NCBI GenBank assembly: GCA_051294375.1 | Contig: CM119264.1 | Coordinates: 8,926,764-8,990,763 of the forward strand | Direction of reading: 5' to 3' | DNA from: Paraspadella gotoi | Taxonomy: Eukaryota > Animalia > Chaetognatha | DNA: 64,000 nucleotides | Shown: positions 1-12,947 of the stretch, piece after piece | Layout of the letters: every line of letters starts with the position of its first letter | How positions within the stretch are numbered: position 1 is the stretch's first letter | The notes under the pieces: model-generated | Databases searched by the model: none | What the model saw: the letters and a program-made list of their open reading frames with translations, nothing else | Told to the model about the DNA's origin: nothing | Made by a program: the position numbers and the translations under genes

Positions 1-46
1 TTCAAGAAAACATCAGAAACATCAGTTAACGATTTAGAGTTTAGAC

Positions 47-200
47 GTATTGTATTGTATTGTATTTATTCATACAGCTGGTCCAAGGACCATGGGCCAC
101 AGTGGTTTTACAAAACACAAAGTAGATAACAGTAATGCAAACAATAACACGATCAGTAGAGCATCAAAAATAGGTTTTAAAGAACACAGTAAGTTTAAAC
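47..200 (-). mobile_element. 3' end fragment of a non-LTR retroelement (LINE/SINE tail), copy 1
   Basis: Minus strand ends ...GAATAAATACAATACAATACAATAC (polyA signal plus CAATA tail) after a GGTCC-nn-GGACC hairpin; ~150 bp repeated, diverged, at 417-572. Confidence 0.55.
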
Positions 201-416
201 ACTAAATATGATAGAATTAATTCCCAAATTGAGGGGTAACTAAACGTGTTGTCAATATAGATTGAACATAGTTCAATAATAAAAATCATCTGAGTTAGAT
301 TCTATTTCGTAAATCGCAGTATTTTGTAACAAAAATGTTTAAGAAAGAATAAAAGAATAAAAGAATAAAAGAATAAAAGAATAAAAGAATAAAAATAATA
401 AAAGCTACGCAATCTC

Positions 417-572
417 GTATTGTATTGTATTGTTTTTATTCACACAGCGGGTCCGAGGACCATGGGCCACAGTGGTTTTACAAAAACACAAAGCAGATAA
501 CAGAGATGCAAGCAGTAATACAATAAGTATGACATCAGAAAATTAGATTTCCAGGAACTCAGTAAATTTAAG
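417..572 (-). mobile_element. 3' end fragment of a non-LTR retroelement (LINE/SINE tail), copy 2
   Basis: Diverged direct repeat of 47-200, including (GTATT)n and ggtccgaggaccatgggccacagtggttttac. Confidence 0.55.
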
Positions 573-1042
573 CAATGAATAAATTTTTCCTCATAGAAAA
601 AAGACGTTTAATTCATATATGCATTGATCATTTGTTTTTGTTTCCTAGACGGCTGCGCTTTTTCGGAAAGCGAAGGAAAATCCGTTTCACTTATCGAAAA
701 AAAATAGCAAATATTTTAAATGTCTAAAATTTAGACTAAATTTACGTAAATTGTCAATGTTTTAAAATCTTCTCTGTCATAAGCTTTTAATACAGCATGG
801 ATGTAGTAGAATGTAAGTTCAGTGAAGTTAAAAATATTATTTATTGACACTTATCATGAGATAATCTGAATAACAGAAATTAATTTAATTATTGTCTACG
901 TTCCAAAAATATTAATTCTACATTAAGATAACCTGAGTTTACACAACTATAAAAATTGACAATTGTCTAAACTTTGAAAGTCAACAAAATTGACTTGTTT
1001 TTTTTTTTATTTTGCTGGAAGAATAATTTCTCATTGGCTTTA

Positions 1043-1050
<8 letters not shown>

Positions 1051-1140
<90 letters not shown>

Positions 1141-1168
1141 TCTCTCTCTTCTCTCTCTCTCTCTCTCT
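1051..1168. repeat. (CT)n microsatellite
   Basis: Directly visible; source of the SLSL/ERER pseudo-ORFs. Confidence 0.97.
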
Positions 1169-2000
1169 GTCCCAAGATTTCGCTTTTTTTGTTGGTTTCT
1201 ACTTGTTTCCCTTTAAACAAATCCTTAATTCCATCTTCTATCCTTTTTTTTTTAAATTCTGTAATTCAAAAAAAAAGTAAATAAATGAATAGAGATTATA
1301 AAAAAATTCTTAACTATATTTTATTTAAAAAATCATTTATTTTTTAAATTCGAAGTTATAAGACTGATTTCATATTTTTAATTAAACAAACATTACTTGC
1401 TGTAAGTGGGATAAAATTGTATTGAAATATTTAAAAATAATTTGGACAAGATAATCAAGTCATGCTTGAGCAATTTAGCATTCGTTATTAACAAAGATTT
1501 AGTAAAATAATGAAAAGATTTAAAATCAAAAGAAAAAAAATTAAATGCAAACGAGATGATTCAGAAACGAGTGGGACAGACGTGAGGCCAACACCTTTAG
1601 ATTCCACTTGATTATTTGGAAACGGTTCCTTTTAAAACAAAAAACTGCTATTTTTTTTAAATTTTAAAATATATTTTTATTGTTTTTTTTTCTTATTAAT
1701 TTAGCACATTCAAAAAATAAATCTTAATTTTTAAAAAAACTAAAACTTTTTTTATGAAATGATCCCCTTTGTATTTTTACAAGTTTTCGTCGGCCGGTGG
1801 TTCTTCCTCTCCGTCTGGAAACGCCTTGGCCTTTGAGGCTGTCATCCTATTGGTCCATAATTTCTAACCAAGATGTGATTGGTCGGCAAAAGGAGATAAG
1901 TGAAAATTGAGTTCGTGTCTTGTGTCTCAACGTCGCAAATGGAATCCGACGTTTAGAAAGCGGGGCATTGCTGAAAAGGTAAGTTCTGCTGGGGCTTTTT

Positions 2001-2122
<122 letters not shown>

Positions 2123-2535
2123 ATTTGCCGTGTGATGACAAATTCTCGGCTCCTCGACGAATATAATACTTCTATTAGAGACAAGTACAATTCTTTTAAG
2201 CCAGAAATAATAATTTTTATTTTCTAACGCATTAAATTTTAATCCGTTCTAAAATATTTGTTGGACATTTCGACCGTTCAACGAGATCTTTTTGAAAAGA
2301 AAATTTCATCTCTTTTGCATTCGCCCGAAATTCTTCTGAAATTTTTTTTGGGGGGGGGGTTTAGGCTGGTATTTTCATTTTTCAAAAAAATAAAAAAAAT
2401 GTTTTCCTTTGTTGGTTTATTAGCTTTCGTTCGCTAAAATGATTGAATTTTTTAAACCGAATATTGCATATCAATTTCAGTTGTTTTATTAAAATCACTC
2501 CACTAAAAAACAAAAGTTCATTTCTTTGTCGCCAG

Positions 2536-4415
2536 CCAAGAAATTTCCGACAATGGCCCAACCAACTTTCAACAATCAACAATCAACAGCGAGGTCAACG
2601 GATTCGGGTGAGACGCCACCCATCCGGCAGCCACGCCCTTCGCCGGACTTTCCGGCGAGAACCTCGCCACTCGCTTCGCCTCGATTTCTTTCTCGCTGGA
2701 CTTCGTCTCGCCCGTCGTCAACCTACCCAATTAGAACTCGCCCACGCCTGACCTCCGCTTTGGAGACCTACCTCCGAACGACGATGAAGGCTCAAGCGCG
2801 ACCGTGGACGGCGACTGCGGGGAATTCCACGCAGCTGCAGAAGCGGCACCCGTTGAAGCTCGGCCTAGGGAGGGGACGGGGCCAAGGTCAGGGGCGGACG
2901 CCCGGTCGAGCACTCGTGAAAGGAAAATCGTCTCAGGCGACGGAGGAGTCGGACCACGAGGTATTGGAAGACAAATGTGAATTTCTTAACAGTTAAAAAA
3001 GTCATTTTGCATTGTGGTGAGTTAAAATCAAACATCTTGGTCATTGGACCTTCCTCATTCTAAAGTCCGAAGTTCGAGCCACATATTCGATAACGGTTAT
3101 CTTTATATAGCACGGTCCAGGGATCCAGGGATCCAGGGACTGCTAAAATAAGTATGAATGGGTTCATATCTTTATCATTAATAATTAATTATTATATTCC
3201 TCATTATCTTCCGCTCTGACTTTTGAGGTGTTCAAATTAATAAATTTGCATCTACTATCTGTATACTTTCTGTTCCTTATGTTTCCATTATGTTTACATA
3301 ATACCATGTTTTTCCCCATAACTGATGGCAACAACACTCCCTTTTTCCTCGGCCCCAAACGCTAGCCCCACCCAACGGTCCTCGTCGTTGGCGTCGTCAT
3401 CGCCGTGGCCGTCGTCGTCATCTTCGTCGTCCTCACCGTCAAACGCTACGCGGATTCTCGACGAAAGCGGACGTGGCGTCGAGCGGAGGCGGAGGCGCGC
3501 TACGACCGTCTGCACGATCTGGAGAAGCCGGAAAGGAGGAAGCGGATGATGAGGAGGCTGCCGTCGGAGAATGAGCCGATGACGACGACAATAGCTGCTA
3601 TAGAATCGCGATCGAATTCTGACGCCGATAAAAGAGGATCGATAAGATCGCCTTTGGATTCGTCACACGGTTTGAACGACTTGAACGTATCCGCTTCCAA
3701 CGAATTTCGTTATCACTCCAACGAAGGTTCTCCCGGATTTAACGAACTTGCTTGTAACGGTCCACCGGGCAATCATCGCTCATGGACTAATCACGACTCA
3801 ACATCCAAACACCGCTCTTCGGCCAATCATCGTTCGCCGTCGCGAGCCAATCGACATCCCGAGTTTCGCGATATTTACTTAAGGTGCCAGACGCCCACTG
3901 ATGCAGACGCCACTTCTGGCTTCTCTAGCGCCGCTTATCGAGACCGCTGCCATCCAAGCGGCGCCATTCCCAAACGGCCGATGGGAAACGACGCCGTCCA
4001 CGGGTCGCCAACAAAAATAGACGCTCGTTTCGTCGGCGCCGAGGAACCGAGAGACTCGGGCGTGTCCAGCGTCTCCACGGCGTCATCCAAGACGTTCGTA
4101 GCGAGGATTCGAGGTTCCGAGGATGAGGCAGAATCGAGACGTCCCATGGCTCCGGTGACGGCGTCATCAATGGCGAATCGATTCAACGCCGTAGAAGCGG
4201 CGCCGGTTGATGTCGAGATGCGTCTCTTTACCCGGGACGTAGCGCCGAAGCGACCGGCGCTAAGAGGAGACGCCTTCGCGCCGCCGTCATCATTGATGTC
4301 TCAGGAGCTGGTGAAAGGAATTGAACAAAAGAACAGCGAACAAAATGGAAACGATCATTGGGAATCTGGGGAAAAACGTTTGACTGAATATGTTGTTGAA
4401 ACCACTACGATATAA
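2536..4415 (+). CDS. Single-pass membrane protein with S/T/P/R-rich N-terminal region and long disordered tail (last two exons; 5' end uncertain)
   Basis: Exon ~2536-2960 (GAG|GTATTG) joins in phase 0 to exon 3366-4415 (CTAG|CCC); hydrophobic VLVVGVVIAVAVVVIFVVLTV followed by basic KRYADSRRKR; AATAAA ~40 bp after the stop. Confidence 0.65.
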
Positions 4416-5039
4416 AGGAAATTTTCATGAATGCGAAATGTTTGTGAACATTTAACAATAAATTATTTAACCAAATTAACATTCAATCAATCAATCAATC
4501 AGAGAGAGCTAGAGAGAAAGAAACTTTAAAAAATTCAAATGTTTCTTTTGGTTTTCTAATTTATATCCAGCTTACCCCTACACAAAATTACATTTCAATT
4601 TATCTATCCAATTTTTAAAAAATATAATACTTATGAGTAAATATAAGTAAAAAAAACTTTAAATAAATGTTTCTTTTCTTCATCTCAATCTATTCATCTA
4701 ATTATGATTAATTAGAGTAATTATGGGTTAAAATTAGTAAAAAGATCTTAGTAAATGTGACATTTTTTTTTTTTTCATATAAACTCATTTCCACTAGCAC
4801 GATTCCATCGAAACTTTATATCCAGCTCAATCACACACTTTGCTACCCTCACACAAAATTTCATTTCAATGCATCCATCCAATCAAGTAATTGGAGTTTA
4901 TAGCGAACGGGGGACGGACGGACGGACGGACGGATTCCTTATAATTTTAGGATTTCCTGAATGCGGCGCTAGGAGTTCCTTAGATTTGAGTTTTTTTTTA
5001 TCTTAAAAAATGAGCAATCAACCATAGGCAAATTATATG

Positions 5040-5143
5040 CGACAGACCGAGGGACTTACATACCGACGGGCCGACCGACCGACAGACCGACCGTAAAGTG
5101 ACTTAAAGAGTTGCTTCGCGAGTACACGCGGCGCAACTAAAAA
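5040..5143. mobile_element. Non-autonomous Helentron/Helitron2-like (HINE/DINE-type) element end
   Basis: (CCGA)n microsatellite, subterminal inverted repeat AGTTGC...GCAACT and AAAAA end; homologous inverted copy at 10881-10975. Confidence 0.5.
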
Positions 5144-6498
5144 TTAAAATTCAGTTAGAGGAAGAGACTACCCAGATGTTTATTTGTTAAACCAAAAAAT
5201 CATGACAGTCAAACGCTTTTAGGGTTTGGGTTATTTCTCCTCTGCTCTTTTGTTAACATAATTTTTTTGTCAATCTAAAAAATATATGGAAACGATAACA
5301 TTTTAAGGTTTTAACGTAACGACAAAAGCGCAAATCGATCACTTGTACAATGTACACTGCACTGGGGTAGTTTTTGGTCGAGTTCGAGCAGACGCTTCAC
5401 TTAAAAATTATATACGTATTTTCATAAGTTAACATCAGTCACTTGATTTACCAAATTAATGAGATTTATCCAGGAATATCGTCTTTCACGGAATGATATT
5501 CGCCATTGAATTCATCATTTGATTTTGAATTTTAAAATGAATCAATTTAAATTGTCCTTAACTACCATCTAAAACGGAGATAAATAGTAGTAAAATAATT
5601 GATTTCGAGAGTCTTCCTATTTTTTTCCCACCCTCGATCTCGTGGGACCCTCTCTATCGCTCCCGCAACCCTCTTCAATAAATACAGCAAAACTTTTCGC
5701 TAAAAGTTTTTTGAGGATAAAACGTATGATTTTGTTTATTTTCTTAACCAGTTAAAATAGTAATTGTTTTTTAAACCATAAATCCCCAAATCAACTCATT
5801 CCCTTGTTTATTTCATCGTCTCCCTGCTCACACAGTCCCCTACCCCACCCCTCTTTCCCTATCTGTTTTCGCCGCCCGAATTCTCGCTGCCCAAAACAGG
5901 ATCGAGTCCTGTGTTTTCGCACGTCGAGCTTTAAGACAAAAACGCTTCAAACAAAAACCTGACGACAAAATTTATAATAATTTCATGTGTACAATTTACC
6001 TCTTCGTAGATTATTATTCACTTATTTGTAAACACAGCAAATAATGGTATTCCTTAAAATGTGGGATCAAAATCAAAGCTCTTAACATTATATTTCAATG
6101 TTTTGTTAGATCGACGTTCGGGGTGCTGAGGATTTTTCACCGTAAAGCATCGAGAATCACACACTCGTACTGTTCAACTCGAAAGTCACTTGAAAGAAAA
6201 GCAATTCTCTCATCTCCGCTTTTGTTAGCTAGACGTTGAACTATTTATAGTCAATGCTGACATTTCGAGACAATTACGTATTTTCGAGTTTATGAGTAAC
6301 AATTATTCCTTAAATGGCGAACTTTTTTTATGAAACGATTAATTTCTCTGTGAATAATTTGTTTAAAAAATCCTTTCACAAATAATGAACCTTTTTTTTT
6401 CACTTTGCGCAACATTACTCCAAAATGTTCCTTCTTTTCCTCCAAGGTCCTGCAAATTCGCGTTTTTGACATAGAGTTTTAAGTCGAAGAGGAAAAAA

Positions 6499-8594
6499 AT
6501 GTTTCCTCGTCTGGGAAATTTGATTCTCCTCGCGATTTTTTCACATTTTTTTCGGGAAACTTTAGCTCAAATCGACGGTGAGATAACATTACAAAAAAAA
6601 AAAAAAAAAAAAAAAAAAACAACGAAAGAACCCCCCCCCAAAAAAAAAAGAATTTAATTTTTGAATTTTACTTTTAGAGAGGTCTTACGAAGAATTGTAC
6701 GACTACTATGCGGGCAAACTAGACAATCTGCCCGACGATTATTCGGAACTTTACGATTACTACAATTATTACAACGAAAAGGTTTTAATTATTATATTTC
6801 TTCGTCCGTATTTTGAAATTTATGAGTTGTTTCTTTTCATAGGAAATTAAGGAGAACGAGAACGGTCGGTCAAGTCCCGGAGAAAACCTCGTCGAGGGGT
6901 CGTACGAAGCTCGTAAGTTCCTTCATTATATTATCGTGCCAATAATATTATATATTATATATATATATTATTGGTTGTACCAATTTCATTTAATGTACAT
7001 AGTTTATTTCTCATTTCAACACGGCACCCATTAAACAACGATGCGTCCGACTATCCTATATTGAGTAAATACATAACTTTTATTGTCAAACATAATCATA
7101 TTTTCTTATTGAAGTAAAAATATTAGATTATTTTAATTGAGTATTCGATTTGTTCACTTGTTTCCCAAAACCAGCAGCAACGGCCTACAACGGGCGAAGA
7201 GACGAAAATCGGGAATCCCAACCACCTCCAGAGAGGAATGAAATAAATGAGGTAAAGAAGGGAAAAAAGGAATTTAACCGTTGAATAATTCAATTAAATA
7301 ATTATCAAATCTATCAAATTATTAAAAATCAATTGACTGACAGTTCAACCAATTATTGAATCAATCAAAAACACGCCGATCACATCAATCTATTTAATAT
7401 TTAGCCAAAAAAATTGTTTCGATTCTGACGCAGTATTTTTTATTAAAAAAAAATTTCAAATGATCAACACAGTCGCAAAACCTTAAATTTTAAAAATACG
7501 TCAATCGTTCTAATGAGCCAATAAGCGAATCGGAATCTCATTTAAAGGGCGAATCCCGAGGCGACAACGAAAAGGACGACGACAACGAATGGAGACGCGA
7601 TCTCGTCTATAAAACTTATCGAGAACAACGTGAGTAGGAATCCTACTAGGATCTTAGGAGAAAATGAAATAAGCGGATGAGGTGTATTCATGACGATAGC
7701 CTCTTCCAATTTAACAATATATTGTCGTTTTACTTCTTTCAAACTATTTCCTAGTCGAATCCTACAACAAGATGATTCGCGAACAACACGCGGCGCGCTA
7801 CAGCACCCGAGCGCCTTCGACGACGACGACGACGACAACAACTACGAAATCGCGATCGGCGGAAGAGGGAGGAAAACTCAGCGATTCGGGTCGGTTCGAG
7901 AAAGAGGTTTCGGGGGAAAAGATTGAGCGAGGAAAACTTACTTTTGATTGTGGATTTTTAATTGAAGAAAAAAAAGGAATGTTACCCAATCCTTTGAGCA
8001 GAATGCCGCGATACTGACAGCCGTTGCGAGAGGTGGGCGCTCAACGGTTGGTGCGGCCTCTGGAAATCCATCACTCAAGTCTACTGCGGACTTTCTTGCG
8101 GCTTTTGCGGTGAAAACAATGTCAACTTTTGTTTTATATTTAATTAATTACTTATTTATGTTTGATTTATCTATTGATCAAAAAGTCCGATGAATGAACG
8201 AATAAATATTATTAAAAAAATAATTAATTAATTAATAAAATTCTACACCTTAAAAATGACTTATATTTTTATCATTGACAGAGGGAATGGCGGCTCCATG
8301 CACCGACGATGCTGACGTTGCGAGTTTTTGCAAAACTTGGATGAAAAATGGAGATTGTGAATCAGACTATGATTATATGTATCAGGTTAAAAAGAACTCG
8401 TAGTAAAGACTAATGAGAAAATGGGAGAAATGGAGAAAAGGGGGAAAAGAACAGATAAACCAAGATTAAGCGAAATAAAACCTAAATGTAACGAAGTATC
8501 GATTTTTTTTTCTCTCTCTCTTCAGAGATGCCCGGCCACTTGCGGCTTCTGCGACCAGAACGGCCTCAAGTTAGTCAAACGCAAAAGACGATGA
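6499..8594 (+). CDS. Secreted protein with Tyr/acidic N-terminal region and two C-terminal ShKT domains (about 9 exons)
   Basis: Signal peptide MFPRLGNLILLAIFSHFFRETLA-Q; phase-consistent GT-AG exons; ShKT1 CRDTDSRCERWALNGWCGLWKSITQVYCGLSCGFC and ShKT2 CTDDADVASFCKTWMKNGDCESDYDYMYQRCPATCGFC; stop at 8592-8594. Confidence 0.85.
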
Positions 8595-8936
8595 GGAATA
8601 CGACAACGGAGCCGTCGAAAATGATGACAAAGTTAAACAGAGATGACAAAGAGCGCAAAGACCATTGTTTAAACAAAAAAGTGACCAAAAAAGGACTTCA
8701 ATTTGACGACTATCGATTTGTTTCATCCGCTTTTCCATTTATTTCATTACAAAATATCTCTATCCAATTTATTCGCCGTATCATATTTACAATTTACATG
8801 CTGTAACAAAACCAAGCCGAACTTGCCTTGAAATTGCGTTGATATTAAATCCAATTGTAGTTTTCTTTCTCTTTCGAAATCGTTTCTTCGCTTCCCGTCA
8901 GAGTTTAGACAGTATTTATATTAATATGAAAACAAA

Positions 8937-9303
8937 ATGACATCGTCTGAGAAGGTAACACAATTAAACAAATTACTGATTACAAATTACTGTGGCGGTA
9001 TATTCACACCGCCTCACATCCACTTTCCTTCGGCCAATACCATTGGCTCACAGGGGGAACAGACCTTCTTAGGCGTTGTGTTCCATCCACAGTCCTAACG
9101 ACTTCCCTCTGACCGTCCTAGGGTTACCGCGCCAGTGACTGGATCCGTCACTGAGGGTCGGAAGCCCCCAAAGCCAACAGTGAGATTCCCCATCCCAATG
9201 GGCATCACAGGCAGCCCGGCTGCTGCCATAATACGCTAAAATAACCTAAAATAACCTAAAATAACCTAGCGTTTTATATAACAAGTATTCGTCACTGACT
9301 TCA

Positions 9304-9337
<34 letters not shown>

Positions 9338-12300
9338 AAGAAACAAGTACAGTCCACCGGACAACAACCAAACAGGACCCAGACGACTTCATCAAAGTTG
9401 TCGGCCATATTACGGTCTTTCGCGCTGGAGACGTCGACTCACGGTTTCGCTCGTGTCGTTGGCCCAATTTCTCCTTGCGCCAGATTCTTTTGGATTTGCT
9501 CGCTTCTCTTCGCTGTCACTCTCGCTTACCTCAGTGTGAAGGACAATATCTCGGTAAGTTCAGGAAATTAATTTTACCCGAATAAACCAGCTCCTTTTCC
9601 TTTTGAAATAATCTGTTTTCTAACTCTCTTAATTAATATTCTCTTTCGATTTCTCCGTGGCTCAGACTTACTTTGACGGAGCGAGCGTCTCCAAAGTGGA
9701 ATATCCTCACGACCAAGAATTGACCTTTCCCGCTGTCACCGTTTGCAACATCAATCCCTTCAGAAAAAGTTTGCTCTCGTTAATCATTCCCACATCAGAG
9801 TAAATTCAAACAATAGATTTCAGTTTGATATTAACATTTCCAGCGATTTCAAAAGTTTCCCTCATTTTCAATCTTTAACCAAGCATAAATATCACCTCGA
9901 ATGGCTCGTCCACTCAAACTTTCGAAGAGCTCGAAGCCTCGGTCGTAGAAGCCTTCGCGTTTGTCGAGCGAGAAATCGTCCAACGCCGTCAAGACTTCGA
10001 CGAAAATCTCCATGCGACCGACAAACTTTGGATTCCCTCGATACTCAAGTAACAAATTTATTTTTTAAAATCTAATCTAATCTAATCTTTATCTTTATTG
10101 TAGTAAAATAATGTTTGTCTAATACCTAGTAATTTCTGAAAGAGGTCTCAGCTATGTAACTGAAAAGACACTAATAATTGTTATGAGTTAGTGACAGAAC
10201 CGTTTAATATAAGCAGTCCTGAGCGTCGGATCGCCATGTTACAGGCGACCACCAGGCTAGAACCCCGGACCTTGGGATGGTAGGGGAGGCGAATGACTTG
10301 CCTTCTGCCTCAATGTCCGCTAATGAACGGTTGGTGGATTTTAGTCCACCATATAACAAACTTAACGATCACTTGCAGTTACAACCGCTTGGGGGCCCAA
10401 CTGGCGGGTCATCAACGGCAACGACTCGTCCGGAATTGTCGCTTCAAGGGTTTAGAGTGCGCGGACGAACAATGGGAGGAAAGCTTCTCTCTGCTGCACG
10501 GAAACTGCTTCACATTCAACGGAAATTCGTGTGAGCATGAAAAATGAATTGCAAAATTTCTTAACGATTTCGTAATCATCGCGGGAGTATCAGCCTCACC
10601 CGAAACGATCTCCATAGGAATCATGATTGGTCGAACTTGAACCGACATCGACCATTCAGTGTGCGAGATCGATGGAACTGTCATAAATAGTTTTGCTTTC
10701 GATCCTCCTCCTTTGCTTTGAGTAATGCGTATATAGACGGAGCATTCCTTTGTTTCAGTAACATTGATCAAGACTCCTGCCTGCGTCTCCCCTCACATCT
10801 ATTCTCAAAAAATATCTATGTACTTTATGTATTTCGTTAAATGTGGTGGTAGACGTAGGATTTGAACTCACGCCTCCGCGTTTTTAGTTGCGACGCGAGT
10901 ACTCGCGGAGTAACTCTATAAGTCACTTTTCGGGTCGGTCGGTCGGTATGTCTCTCCGCCAGTCTGTCTCACATACGTTATTTTTTTGAACAAACGAACG
11001 AGACCAACATCCCGTCGTCAAAAAAAAAAAAACGAATTTGTTTTCGTAATTTAGCCAATGCGTCCCGCGTCGCTCACCCGGGAAGAACTCAGGCACTCGA
11101 ACTGATACTCGACGCAGAGATCGAAGAGTACATCGGAACTGCAAACGCCATTCATGGCTTCGTCGTTCGAATCCACAATCAGACCGAGACGCCCCTACCG
11201 GAGGACAGAGGTGAGACGCAGAAGAGGTTTCCTGCATCCTTTTTTTTAACGGTTTCGCGCGCCTGATTTATTTATTTATTATATCGAGTCTGTATTGATT
11301 CGCTCTTAATTTGTGAATGAGCTACAATCTTGCCCAGGCGACCCTATCCCCACTGGTGCCAAAACAGAGATGGCGCTGAGGAAATTTCGCCGCGTCGGGC
11401 TCGGTGTTCAACGGAGAAAACTGTTCACTATTCGCTTCGGCAAGTGCGTCCGTTTCCAAGGAGACGACGACGAAGAATGGAGGATGAGGGATTCCTTCCG
11501 CGGGGTTCTTTATCCGTTTCCCAGGTAAGTCAGGACTGCTCCGTAACAATCAACTTGGATTTGACGTTTTTGTTCAGTTAAATATAACTTTTTATAAGTT
11601 ATTAAATTCTTTAGAAATACGAAACATTATTTGTAAATTACTTATTTGGTATAATTAGAACATTTCATTTGACTTTTATTGCGAAATGTAATCTTTTCCA
11701 AATCAACGTCTCTCGGATTTAATATTTTAGGAAAATTTTTTTCATCTACCGTACTAGTTCACATTCGCAAAGCAGCTAAGTACCTTTAATGATATTGATT
11801 AAAATCTTCTCTTCCTTTACTTTTTACTCCCACAGTTACAGCGTTACCTCTTGCGTGTACGAGTGTGTGCAGCGTCACATGCGTGCCCAACGCGGGTGCA
11901 GCCTCGTTATCTATCCCGACTCACCGCGGCACGAACGTCGCCGCGAGAGCTTGAACTTCACGCAGAACTTACGCTGTCTGACGGAATGGGTACAGGATCA
12001 CCAGGAGACTGAACGCATGAAGCGCGCATGCTTGGAGGAATGCCCGCCCTTGTGCGACTACACCGTGTACGACGTTAGGAAGTCACAGATCCCCTGGCCC
12101 ATGGGACAATGGTAAACGAAAGTGGCGAGAATAGGGGCGAGAAACATGGTTGCTATGGAAAACTCGGAGTTTGAATCGGAGAACGATTCAACCAAAAAGT
12201 GATAACCGTCGGATTTAAGCCTCTTTCTTCTCCCCAGGTATAGAGATGTTCTTCGCGAAAAACTAAACTTTACCTCCAACGAAGGGTTGGATGCCAACCT

Positions 12301-12612
12301 CGCTAAGATCCTCATCTATTTGGACAGCTCTGCCGGAACCGTCATCGAACAGGAGCCAGTCGTCCGTGATTTATCCGAGGTTTCTTTGTTATTTATGTAG
12401 AATTCTATTGAGTACAATAAACATTGGGTTCTTTACCTCAGGCGTTGAGCAACGTGGGCGGCGTGCTCGGTCTTTGGCTGGGAATGTCTATCTTCAGTTT
12501 TCTTGAATTGGCGCAATTGATCGTCGAATGCAGCAAGGTCGTTTGCTGTAGCTTCACGTATTCGGGAAAAAAAATAGAGAACGGCGAGAATGCGGGGCCT
12601 CACAAATCATAA
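8937..12612 (+). CDS. DEG/ENaC/ASIC-family sodium channel subunit (multi-exon)
   Basis: FALETSTHG (HG motif) plus TM1 at 9341-9552; FPAVTVCNINPF; HGNCFTFN; Cys-rich thumb (CVYEC...CLEECPPLC); TM2 LSNVGGVLGLWLGMSIFSFLE with GxS filter. The start exon MTSSEK|GT at 8937 is tentative. Confidence 0.92.
8991..9230. mobile_element. Structured TGTGGC...GCCATA element, copy A (DEG/ENaC intron 1)
   Basis: Closely similar to 16282-16536; flanks TTAC/ATAC form an imperfect 4-bp TSD. Confidence 0.85.
10844..10880 (-). pseudogene. tRNA-Leu-like 3' half ending in CCA
   Basis: Minus strand CGGAGGCGTGAGTTCAAATCCTACGTCTACCA-CCA resembles a Leu tRNA variable arm, T-arm and acceptor; truncated by the adjacent element. 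Confidence 0.5.
10881..10975. mobile_element. Non-autonomous Helentron-like element end, second copy
   Basis: TTTTTAGTTGCG...TAACTCTATAAGTCAC...(GTCG)n; reverse complement of the 5040-5143 element. Confidence 0.5.
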
Positions 12613-12947
12613 TGTGGGAATCAGCTCTCTTTCAAATTAGTATCGGCGATCTGATTCGGTTCGCGGTTTTCTCGCGTGTTGTCGCCGACGTTTAGAAGCC
12701 AGGATTGGTTCTACTCATGCCTTTCATTCTCTATAGACTTCAGTACATTTTTATATTTTACGAAATTGTAACAGATCCATAGTTTAAAGAAACTCCAATG
12801 TCAAAGTTGATAATTTTCGTTATGGCGATTTTTCAGCATTTATACACTTTCACTTTTAACATTCATAAAAAAATAAAAAGTACTATTTTTTTTTTAGTGT
12901 CAACAAAAGAGCAATTCACTTTTTTTGTCAGTTTCTCAGTTTCGCCA

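Noticed and set aside
10207-10300. Possible HDV-like ribozyme (GGCGAATGACT resembles J4/2-P2)
   Set aside because: Could not build P1, P3 and L3 with the required nested pseudoknot; only generic hairpins.
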